Shown in pieces: positions 1-10,208 of a stretch of DNA of 64,000 nucleotides. Position 1 is the stretch's first letter; each line of letters begins with the position of its first letter. Source of the stretch: Cyanophora paradoxa CCMP329 (lineage: Eukaryota > Plantae > Glaucophyta); the NCBI GenBank assembly GCA_004431415.1, contig QPMI01000478.1, positions 1-64,000 on the forward strand, given 5' to 3'. Position numbers and translations under genes: made by a program. The notes under the pieces were generated by a model that did not search any database, had not been told where the DNA came from, and was given only the letters and a program-made list of their open reading frames with translations.

Positions 1-3000
1 GCGAAGCTCAAGCCCGACCGATACATCTCGGTCGGGCGCCGGCCGTCTAGATCCCACGAGGACGCAAGGGAGCCAGCCGGAGAGATCAGCCTCCGCTTCG
101 TCTTGCCGTTCATGGAGGGAAACTCGACCAGCCACGCCTGCAAGTCTTCGGAGCGCCTCGCGCAGGACGCCTGCAGCATCTCCGGGCGCCTCGTTGGCTC
201 TTGGCGCTTCGCTGCAGCGGAGGCCCTGGCGTGCACCTCGCACCTTGACGACGCCGACTATGCGCGCGTCGCCTGTGCGCCTTGCATTCTTCGTTACCCC
301 CCAATGTGCCTTCGTAACCGCCTGACTTGCCGTACCCTACCCGCAGGTGTCCCCGAGAGGATCGAGCGGCCCGTCGGCGACAGCGAGGCGGTGGTCTGCA
401 CGGGAATCCGGCTGCTGGCGGAGCGGGTGGACGTGGCGGAGTACGCGGAGGGGTACCGGCCCGAGGGGGCGCCGCTGTGGCCGGCGCTCCTGCTCAACGT
501 TTACTATTTCGATGTCGACATCGGCGAGGTGACTGTGCAGGTCGACCCTGCGTTCCTGCTGTCCCAGTGGGGCTCCCCCTGCGACGCCGCCCCCAACATC
601 TGCGGCTGCGTCGGCTGTTGCATCGTGCGCCCGCCCCGTCCCTCCCCTCGCCGCCGGCCACTCATTTCGACCGCCGCTCCGCCCCGCCCCGCCCATCCGC
701 AGCACGAGAGCTACGCAAAGAACGAAGACTGCGCGGCGCTCTGGGCGCGGCCCGAGGTCTGCCCCGCGGAGGAGGACGGGGGGCGCCTCGTTCTGCGGCC
801 CAAGCCGCAGGCCGCCCAGGAGGAGGCGCCGCCCAAGGCCGGCTCGAAGGCCAAGCGGCAGGCGCCCAAGGGCGAGGAGCCGACGCCGCTCGACGCCTGC
901 CCCGAGCCGGTGCGCGCGTGCGGCGTTCGATCCATCCCGCCCTCCGCTCTGTCTGACGGAGTGGGGCGGGCCGGGGCAGGAGATTCTGGAGCGCTGGCGG
1001 GCGATCGTGGCGCTCCAAGCGGGCCGCCCGGACGCGCTCCCGCCCTCTGCGCCGCCCGATTCGGACGACTTCGCTGCCGCCTACGTGCGCTGCGCCGCGC
1101 GCCGTGCGGCCTCATAGTCTTGACTGCCTCGGCACAGAAGCACTTCAGAGACGTGGCGGGCGTGCTCGCGAAGCTGCGTGACAGGGTCGTCGAGGCGGAG
1201 CGGCAGCTGTACTTCGAAGAGAGCCCTGACTCGTTCGCGTACGCCGGGGCGAGCGCGGCAGGCTCGGGGGGCAAGTTCCTCGCCGCCGGCGACCCAGAGT
1301 ACCTGTGGGGCATGGAGGTCCGCCCGGGGTACGTCTGCCGCGAGGGTGCGTCTGCCTCTCCCGCGGCACTGCGCGCAGCCCTCGCCTCCCCTCACTCACG
1401 CTCGCGAGCTTCAGGGGCGCTCTTCAAGCGGCCGCCGTACTACTACGCTGGGACGTGGCAGGAGGGGGACCCAGGGGCGGACGGGCAGCTCCTCGCCTTC
1501 GCCCGGTCCTTCCTGCTGGCCATCGCGGCCCACAGGGCGCCGCCGTTCACGCCGGCGCCGCCCGACGAGTCGGACCGCCGCGGCCTCATCAAGGTTCGCG
1601 GAGCGCCTGCCCGCCCGCCCGGCATTGGCCCCGCAGCCGCTCACTTTCTGGGCCCAGGCGAGCCTTCGCGAGCTGCAGGGCTTCCTCGATGCCTTAAAGG
1701 GCGCCCTGGAGCGGGTCGGCGAGCAGCCCCCGGCCTGGAGCGAACTGCGCGGCTTCGAGGACGAGCGGCGGCTCGGGCAGCGCGTCTCGACCCACCTCGG
1801 AGCCGCCTGGGCGGCGACCGAGGGCCCCGAGGACACCGCGGAGCAGACTGCGAAGCGGTTTCTGGACGAGGAGCCGTGGTGCTCCTCCGTTTCTGCGCGG
1901 GCGGCCCTTGCGCGGCACGCGCCGCTGGTCGCGGAGTGGGTCCAGGCCCAGCTGGACCTCGAGGAGACGCGCGCCTCGGCGCGCGCCGCGCGCCTGCGGA
2001 CCTTCGCGCACGCGGCGGGGCGCGCCGAGGGCCAGCGCTTCCGCGCCGCCTGCGGGCACGTCTTCGCGGAGCTCGGCCGCAGGCGCATCGCGGCGGCGCT
2101 GGAAGCGCAGCGGAGGGAGAGCGAGGAGGCGCTGAACAGGGCGGCGGCCGCGGAGGAGGAGGCGGCGGCGAAGCGGACCGCCGCGGCGAAGGAGGCCGAG
2201 GCGGCCAAGCGGAGGCGGGCGCTCCAGAAGCAGAAGGGCGGCGGTCCCGGCGGCGCCGGCGCCGGCGGCCGCGGCCGCGCCGGGCCCGCCGGCAGCGACG
2301 ACAACAGCGACAGCGAGGACGAGGCCCCTGCCCCGGTCCTGCAGCCGCAGCCGCAGCCGATGCCGCCGCCGCCCGCGCCGCGGGCGCCCAAGGCAAAGCA
2401 GAAGGCCGCGGCGGCTGCGGCGGCGCCGGCGCCGGCTTCGGCCCCGGCGCCGGCTCCGCCGGTGGAGGAAGAAGTGGACTCTGAGGAGGAGCGGGACCGG
2501 CGGAGGCGGGAGCGGGAGCAGAGGGCGGCGGCGAGCCGCGCGGCGGCGGCGAAGCTGCGGCGGGAGCTCGCGGAGGCCAACGGGGAGCTGGAGCGGGCCC
2601 GGAGGGAGCTGGACGAGGCCAAGGAGGCCAGCTTTGTTTGTTTACGGTTCCGCCGCTTCTCTCCCTCCGCTCAACTCTCCGCCCGCTCGCGCAGGTCCGC
2701 GCGAGCGCGGAGCGGCAGCGGGCGGAGGCGGAAGGCCTCAGGGGGGTAGAGGAGCGCCAGCTGAGGAGGGAGCTGCGCGAGCTCGAGGACGAGGCGAGCG
2801 GGGGGCCCCGCTACCCCCCTCCCTCTCTTCCTCCCCCCCCCTTAGATCTAATCTCGCCGACGGATCGGGTCCGCGCGGGCAGATCTCGGACCTGAAGCAG
2901 GTGCAGGGGGCCGAGCAGGTGCGCCCAGCGCCCCGGCCCGGGGCCTTGCGCCCTCGTCTCCTTGTATTCACGTACGCCGGCTTGCAGAAGCGCCTGGCGA

Positions 3001-4354
3001 AGCTGCAGGCGGAGCTCGCGGAGGCGCGGCGGAAGGGGGACGAGGAGCGCAGGCGGGCCGCCGACGCCGCGGCCCGGGCGAAGCGCGCGCAGGTGCCAGC
3101 GCCCGATGCTATCCGCCCGTCTTATTATCGCTGCCCCACCGCCCTCCCTCGTCTCGCTCGCCTCGCCGCTTCTCCCTTTCATCACCGTAGCCATAGACCT
3201 AGCGATACATCTGCGCCCAATCCTTAAGACCTAGCCCCCCCCCCCCCCCCCTCCCCCTCCCTTCTCCCCCCCCCTTCCCTCCCTCCCTCCCTCCCTCCTC
3301 GCCCTCGCCCTAGCCCCGCCGCCTCACCTCACTAAGACGAGCGCACCCTTTGAGCGCTCACTGGGCCTGCCGCTGGCCACCCCCTCCCCCTCTACCCCTC
3401 CCCCAGCACATCTGCGCCCACTCCATAGTATGAATCCACGAGACCCGCGCCTGGCCGCGCCCCCGCCCCGCCTCACGGGACCTCCTAGGAGGTCTCCCCT
3501 TCATCACCGTATCCAAAGACCCAGCGCTACCTCTGCGCCCAATGCACAAGAACCCGCCGCCCTAGCCCTCCCCCTCGCCCCTGTCCTAGTCCAGCCGCCT
3601 CACCTCAGAGACCCGCGCCTCGCCCCGCCTCGCCAGCCTCACGGGACCGCAGGAGGAGGCGCAGCGGGTCGAGGCGGAGGCGCGGGGGGCCCTCCGCGAG
3701 GAGGACCTCCGCAGGGCGCGCCCGTACCCCCCCTACTCCCCCGGCCCCCACCCCTTCCTCAAATCTAGTCCTACGGTCACGCGTTTCTTCGTCCTACCCA
3801 GCTTCCCCCCCCCTCCCGTATCCCCCCGTATCCCGCGTCCCGCCCGCCCGCCCGTACCCCCTCGCTTCACCACAATCCGGCACCCCCCTCCCCCCCTCTC
3901 TTACCCCCCCCCCCCCCCCCCAGGCGATCGCGGAGCACGAGCGGGCGATCCAAACTGCCGAGCGGAACATCGCCTACTACGCTTCAGTTGAGGCCAAGTA
4001 CACGTGCGCAAACCTTGCGCCCCGAGAACGGGGGGCGGAACGCCGCCGCTTCTTGAACGGAAGCACGCCTAGCTACTAGCGCCTCCGCCACGCCCCGCTT
4101 CTAGCTGGGGCCCTTATTCCCTCGTTTCCTTCCTATCGATTTCCTTCCTAAGTACGTGTGGGCTCCATCCGAGCGAGAAAAGTAGCTTCGAAGGCGGATA
4201 GAATCGCACGAGAGCGTGTGGACGCGGGCGCAATAATAATAACAACAATGAAGCCGCGCGCGGCTCACGCACTCGCTCGCTCGCTCCCTCGCCGGCGCCG
4301 CAGGGAAGCGAAGGTGGCAGAGATGGCCCCGGCGCAGCTGGCCGCCCACCTAAG
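1..4354 (+). CDS. Multi-exon region, 5' end outside the window or uncertain: unrecognised globular N-terminal part followed by a long Glu/Arg/Ala-rich coiled coil. Probably the N-terminal part of the JAMM gene below
   Basis: Coding-like exons bounded by GT/GC-AG (e.g. ...YRPEGAPLWPALLLN, QKHFRDVAGVLAKLRDRVVEAERQLYFEE, ASLRELQGFLDALKGALE...AAAKLRRELAEANGELERARRELDEAKE, AIAEHERAIQTAERNIAYYASVEAKY). No family recognised. Confidence 0.65.
3090..3650 (+). repeat. Intron containing degenerate internal duplications and poly-C tracts
   Basis: TTCATCACCGTA at ~3178 and ~3500; (C)ATCTGCGCCCA-like at ~3208, ~3409 and ~3531; AGACCCGCGCCT at ~3441 and ~3608; CCTCACGGGACC at ~3471 and ~3637. Confidence 0.75.
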
Positions 4355-6347
4355 GTGAGAGCGGCGGGGCTGGAGGGGTGACGGCCCAAAGGGGGGTGAT
4401 GAGAGCCTAGACCCGCCCCGCCCAGCCCCGCCCCGCCCCGCCCAACCCAGCCCGGCCCCGGCATCGCCCCCGCCGCCCTCGCCTCACCGTGGGTCGCCCC
4501 AGGGACGTCCGGGATAGCGTGGCGAGGTTCGAGGCGCGCCTCGCACGCGGCCCGGCGGCGGCGGCGCCCACCCCTGTACCCCCGACCCCCGCTCCCCCTC
4601 CCCCCCCGCTGGAGCCCACCCGCTCCACGGGCCCCTCCTCCCAGCCTCCTCGCCCCCCGCCCTTCGCCCCCCCCCAGATGCAAGCCGCCAAGAAGTACAA
4701 CCCCCTCGAAAGGGCTACCCCCCGGGGGCCCGCCCCCGCCCCCCCCTCCTCCTCGGCCCCGGCGCCGCCCTCCTCGTACCCCCCCGCCACCTCCCCCCCG
4801 GGCGAGAACGACGACGAAGAGGACGAGCTCCTGGCCGCCCTCCTGTTGGAAGACCGTACCCCCCCTCCCCCTCCCCCTCCCCCCTCCCTCCCTCCGGACT
4901 CCGTCGCCCCCTCTTCCTCCATTGCAGCCGCCCCCGCCCGCGCCGCCTCCTCTGCGCCCCCGGCGGCCCCTGCGGCCGGGCCGTCCAGTTCCCCTACCGG
5001 CCTGCACGCGACGGTACCCGTCTCTTCCCCCCCCCCCCCATCTTTCTCCGCATGTTCTCTTGTTCACTTTCGGGGCAGCGGGGCTCGGAGACCGCTCCGC
5101 AGGGCAAGGCCCGCGCCCCCGACGTCGACCTTCGGCGGGTTCGAATCGCGGCGAGGCTCATTGAGAAGTTCGAGGCGCGTACCCCCCGGAGCGCCCGCCG
5201 CCGCTCCGCCGCCCCCCTCACTTTCGGCGCAGGAGCTCGCGCAGCCCAACACTTCGAAGAACAAGGAGACGTGCGGCATCCTCGCCGGTACCCTGGTCCG
5301 CTTCTTCCCCCACCCCCCCTTCCCCGATACTTCGTTCGCTGATGATGGGCGACGCAGGACGGGGACACGCATTTCACAGTGAAGTCCATCATCCTGCCAA
5401 AACAGGTACCCCCTCGCTTCCCCCCCGCCCCCCCACCCCCCCAAGCGACCCTTTCGCCGCAGTCGGGCACGTCGGATACGTGCGACACGGACCCCGACGA
5501 GATGGCGCGTCTTACCCCGCAAGGCGACGCCGTACCCCGCAGGCCCCTAACTGCCTCCTCCTCTCTTTTCGCGCCGCAGGACTACATCAATCTCATGTTC
5601 GAGAGAGACTGGAAAGTCCTCGGCTGCATCCACGTACCCGCCCCCTCGCTTTTCTCGTACCCCCTCCGCCTGCTGATGTCTCTACCCCCGCGCAGACGCA
5701 CCCCTCCCAGAAGTGCTTCCTCTCGTCCATCGACCAGCACAACCTGCTGGGGTACCAGCTTCAGCTCCCCGAGGCTGTATCCATCGTCATCGCCCCCTCG
5801 TTCAAGGAGGACCGGTACCCCCCTCCCACCCCCCCCCCCGCACTCCTTCTTACCTCATCCTGATTGACGTACCCCGGACAGCCTCGGCGCGTTCCGGCTT
5901 ACGCAGGAGGGGGTAGAGTGCCTGCTGCGGTGCCCCAAGGAACTCGCCTTCAAGTTCCACGAGCACGAGGTACCCCCCCACTCTTGCGTCCCGTACCCCC
6001 GCATCCCGCGCTGACACTTGTTTGTGCGTACCCCCAGATCGCGCACGATCGAATCTACCACCGGACGACGCACTGCGAGATCGTGCAGGGCGCCGTTGGC
6101 GCGGACATGGTAGAGGCGCGCCCGTACCCCCCGGCCCCTCTTCCCCCCTTCCTCCCCTTCACGCCTTTCGATGCAGGCGATCGATCTTCGGGAGCGGCTG
6201 GGGCCATCCTACGCCGACAAGGCATCTTCCTCCTCCTCCCGGGCCGCCGGGCCGGCGCCGGGGCCCTCGGGCGCCGCCGGGGCCGCGAATCCGAAGGGCG
6301 GCTCTGGACCCCCCCCAAAGAGGGCTAACCGCGGCGGCAAGGCGTAG
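4304..6347 (+). CDS. AMSH/STAMBP-like JAMM (MPN+) zinc metallo-deubiquitinase domain preceded by a Pro-rich linker (multi-exon)
   Basis: Spliced peptide LRRVRIAARLIEKFE|ELAQPNTSKNKETCGILAGTL|...VKSIILPKQ|SGTSDTCDT...|DYINLMFERDWKVLGCIH|THPSQKCFLSSIDQHNLLGYQLQLPEAVSIVIAP...|LGAFRLTQEG...RCPKELAFKFHEHE. The catalytic E...HxHx7SxxD motif is intact, as are the AMSH-type second Zn ligands (H two residues after the catalytic D, C, HxH). Stop TAG at 6345-6347. Confidence 0.9.
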
Positions 6348-7478
6348 TCGACTCGTTCTTGTTTGCTTGCGCGCGCCCCCCCCCCCCCCGCCCCCCCCCC
6401 CCCCCCCCCACACCCCCCACCCCCTCCCCTCCCCTCTTGCTCCCCTCCTCTTCTGCACAGCCGGGGTGGGCTCGGGCCCGGGGCGCGCCCTCGCGGAGGT
6501 CCTGCCGTAGCTGTGCGTGCACATGCCTAGCTATAGCTATATATAGTCGGCAAAAAGTTCGGCGCGGCCGTAACTTAGTAAATGCTGCGGCACTGCCCAG
6601 TATACGTACCCACTGCCCACTGCCCACACCCGTTTTCAAAAGTTTGCGACTTGATCATGAAGCCTTGGACATGTACTAATGATGTACATGTGTAGCCTTA
6701 ACAGCTGCAGCTTTTCGATTCGCAGCTGCACTGGCAGCCTGCAGCATTCGCGCATGCCATGCCTCATCATATCATCATCGATTCAAATGTCCTCATGGCA
6801 TGCGGCCGCATCATGCATATGCGGCCCGCATGATGCGGTCGCATGCCATGATGCTTGCATGCTATTTCGAGTCCTGGCGAAGAGAACTCGGAAATTAGTT
6901 TCCTTTCGCCATACTGTAAAACGAGAAATGTCCGCAGTGCATACAATGCATATGATCATGACTGGTTATAAATATAATATATACCGGTAGGTCCGGTACT
7001 GCACATTTACATGCCATGATGATGAAATTACACCATCAAATTACATGTAAAATACTTGGTGATGAAACTCCGGCGCGTCACGGACGTCGAGTCACTGAGT
7101 CGTCAAGTGACTGCACTGCGCATGCGGCAGGCTGCAGCCTGCCAGGCTGCAGCTGTCGACGTCAGTCTGTCACTCGATCGCGAGCTCGCTGACTCGACGC
7201 TGATGATCAGATGATGCTGCCAGGCTGATCGAGCTCGACTCTGCTGGCTGCTCGACTCGGCGAGTCACGCCGCCGACTCGAGCTCACGTGCACGCGCGCG
7301 CGCGGCTCATGAATCATCATGGCATGATCATGGGATTCATGGCATGAGCGTGACCTCGAGCTCTAGATCTCATGCACTGAGTCACGCCGCGGCCGTGACG
7401 CCGGATCCGGGTCGACGTCACCCCGCGCCGGAGCTTCCGAACTTCGGAACTTCCGGTTTAACTTTAGCGCTACTAGCT

Positions 7479-7582
7479 ATAGCCTATAGGCTAGCGCATA
7501 CTATCATATTACTATGATAGTAGCCGCAGACTGTAACATGTGATAGCCTATAGGCTAGCGCATACTATCATATTACTATGAT
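7479..7582 (+). repeat. 40-bp direct repeat (ATAGCCTATAGGCTAGCGCATACTATCATATTACTATGAT x2)
   Basis: Copies at 7479-7518 and 7543-7582. Confidence 0.9.
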
Positions 7583-7613
7583 TACTATGATGATACCGTG
7601 TAACATGTACACT

Positions 7614-7804
7614 TAAATACTGGGCTCTTTTTTTTAAAGATCTACGGTGGGCGTGCCCACTCGTAGTACACAACGAGGATACAAGTCACGGTATCGGGAA
7701 TCACAGGGATTCGAAGTACAACGTAGCGGAAACAGCAGGAACCGAACCCGGGAATCCGGGAGGTCGTAGCACGACCTTATACCACTGCGCTAAATACTGG
7801 GCTC
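7614..7804 (-). mobile_element. tRNA-derived SINE-like retroposon (~163 bp body) with A-tail and a 14-bp flanking direct repeat
   Basis: The minus strand reads TAGCGCAGTGG (Pol III A box) ... AGGTC-GTGCTAC-GACCT (anticodon-like arm) ... CCGGG-TTCGGTT-CCTG (B box/T arm), then a 3' stem-loop (7642-7666) and A8 (T8 at 7628-7635). TAAATACTGGGCTC flanks it at 7614-7627 and 7791-7804. Confidence 0.7.
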
Positions 7805-7814
7805 ACTTAATTAG

Positions 7815-7871
7815 CAGAGTCCCAAATTAACAGACCGAAATTTTGGCTTAGTCTGTTAATTTGGGACTCTG
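7815..7871. repeat. Perfect 21-bp inverted repeat (hairpin / MITE-like termini)
   Basis: CAGAGTCCCAAATTAACAGAC (7815-7835) and its exact reverse complement at 7851-7871; a third partial arm at 7965-7980. Confidence 0.85.
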
Positions 7872-9035
7872 GCACTCTGCTAATTCGCTGCTGTTCAGTC
7901 GTCACATACAATCTCCCCCCCCAAAGTTGAAATAACAGCCTCATACAAGCCTAAATTTGCATGATCTGTTAATTTGGGACGTCGACTCTGTTATTTCTAC
8001 AAAGGGAGGGTCAGATTTAATAACCCACTAATTAACGGGCTGTTAATTTAGTGTTACACGGTATATATATAGCCGCATTATAGCGTTCGGAACTTCGGAT
8101 TCTTCGGAACTTGCGAATCGGAAGTACTACTAGTACTGTGGTTCCGAGTCTTCGAATTCCGACTCTTCCGAGTCTTCCGAGTTCCGACAGCTGCAGCCGC
8201 TGAGCCTGCGCCGCTGCGCGACAGCCGCTGAGCCTCCGACAGCCTCCGGCGACAGGACCCGGGAGTCCGGGACTCCTGCCACTGCCAGCTGGCGCTGCAG
8301 CTGGCCGTGCGGCGCGCCGGCGGCCCGGCGGACTCCGGGAGTCTGCGGGCCTGCGCCGGCCGCCGCCGGCCCGCCGCCGCCCGCCGGCCCGGCGCGCGCT
8401 GCCTGCGGCGCTGCGCATGCAGCCTGCAGTACTAGTGCAGCCTGCGCATGCAGGCTGCAGCCGCTGAGCTGGGCCAGCAGCCTCAGCCAGCCTGGGAGGC
8501 AGTGTGCCAGTGGCAGGCACTGGCAGCCTCAGGCTGCTGATGGGTCGAGTCTGCGAGAGCGAACCGTTATATGTGCCAATGAATGCCATGAGTCAATGCC
8601 CTCTCCGGAGAGCGAACCGTTACTAACTGTTACTAACCACTGGTAACCAGCCTTCAACCCCCAGCTGCATTTTTCTGCGTTTTAATAATTTTGACGTCGT
8701 GACGCACGGTGACCGGACGTGCCACTGTCACGGCAGTGACGGCCACTGACGGCCCAGTGACGGGCCAGTGGCCAGTGGCCACTGGCCAGTGGCTACCGTA
8801 GTACTACCGTAGAGCAGGAAAATAGTGGGCCGGAAATTAGTGGACTAGAAAACTTGGCCCTCCCTCAGGCAAAATACTGGAGCCCGAAATTAGTGAGTTA
8901 AGTTAGTACTGGGTTACTTAGGCTGAGGCCGCGCCGCCGGCGCCGGCCCGGCGGGTGCCCCGGGCCGCGGCCCGCCGCCCGCGGCGCACTTAACTTACTA
9001 GTACTACGGTAGTAGTAAGTTACTACGGTTATGCT

Positions 9036-9111
9036 GTACCAAATTAATGCGTTTTCCGCATGCAGACAAAACGCATTAATTTGGTACCGCATTAATTTGG
9101 TACCGCATTAA
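9036..9111. repeat. Perfect 20-bp inverted repeat followed by tandem copies of the arm
   Basis: GTACCAAATTAATGCGTTTT (9036-9055) pairs with AAAACGCATTAATTTGGTAC (9068-9087); GCATTAATTTGGTACC then repeats in tandem. Confidence 0.85.
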
Positions 9112-10208
9112 TATCGAAACGCTAAGAACACTGCGGTCTCAGCCGGTCTGTACCCCCTTACCGCAGCTGCAGCCAAACTGGTTTTAAAAAGCATTAATTT
9201 AATTCCGGGTCCGGTCCGGGTCCAATTACCGTCCAAATGACTCCAAAAACACATTAATTACTGTCATCAATTTACTGACGCATTACTTAAGTGTTTTACG
9301 CATGATGCCATCATTGCCATGATCATGATCATCGGCCGCGGATGATCGATATCAGCGGCTGATATTATGTGATATATACCCCGGGGTCCGCGCCAGCTGC
9401 AGCCTGCCAGGCTATAGCTAGCGCTGCAGCCTGCCGCAGTACTAGTGCAGGGGGCCTAGGCCTGCCCGCGGCCGCAGACTAGGCCCGCAGTGCCACGGTG
9501 CGCACTGCGGCTCTGCAGCCTGCAGCTGGCACTGCGGCAGCCTGGCAGCGGCAGCGGCCCCGGCGGCCCGCCGGGCCGGCCCCGGCGCGGGCGCAGGCCT
9601 ACGGTCGCCTACCGTATACGTAGTACTAGTAGTACGGTCCGTGACGTGACGGCGTCACGGCGTGTACCACTGTACGTACGGTACCGGGTAGTCACTGAGT
9701 ACGCCGTAGTACCGTACTAGTACGTACTACGGTAGCTTTAGCTATAGCCTCAAGCAGCTATACTACTGGCAGCTATCATAGTATAGCTATAGCTCAGCGG
9801 CTAGAGCAACTGGCAAGAGCCCGGCCGCGGCGATCCGGTGTGGACCGTGTGGCGCGAACGATCGATACTCGTCACGGTATCGGACAGCTGCGGCACTCCG
9901 GACTCTGGACCCGGGACTCCGCCGCGGCCGACCGAGAAGACCGCGGCCGTACGCGTATACGTAGCGTCCGCTGCCCGCGGCACGCCGAGCCGACGACGGC
10001 CCGACGTCGCCGAGTCGACGCGCGCCCAGTCGACGTCGGCCGTCAGACAGTCGCCGAGTCTGCCAGTCTGATCAAGCGTTCTGCAGCTGGCGCCGGCCCA
10101 GTGCCGGGACTGGCCGGGACAAGCGAAAAGCGTCCCTTGCGTACCGAGTAGCGAGTCTACTAGGCTAGTTCGGCCGCTATCATAGTGTCCCGAGTCGCGC
10201 AGATATCG

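Larger units (their letters stand above)
6550..9800. repeat. Palindrome-rich non-coding intergenic region
   Basis: Dense short self-complementary words (CATG, CTGCAG, AGTACT, ACTAGT, TTCCGA/TCGGAA, TGGCCA, TAGCTA) arranged in local blocks; no credible exon structure. Confidence 0.7.

Noticed and set aside
103-2484. 793-aa ORF and other long Arg/Gly/Pro/Ala-rich ORFs in GC-rich regions
   Set aside because: They read through introns and into wrong frames. High GC suppresses stop codons, and the real coding path is spliced.
7720-7800. Functional tRNA gene
   Set aside because: No complete acceptor stem or normal D arm. It is followed by a non-tRNA body, A-tail and direct repeats, so it fits a SINE-like element better.
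6550-9800. CRISPR array or protein-coding ORFs in the palindromic region
   Set aside because: No regularly spaced identical repeats with unique spacers, the context is eukaryotic, and the ORFs are low-complexity translations of the palindromes.
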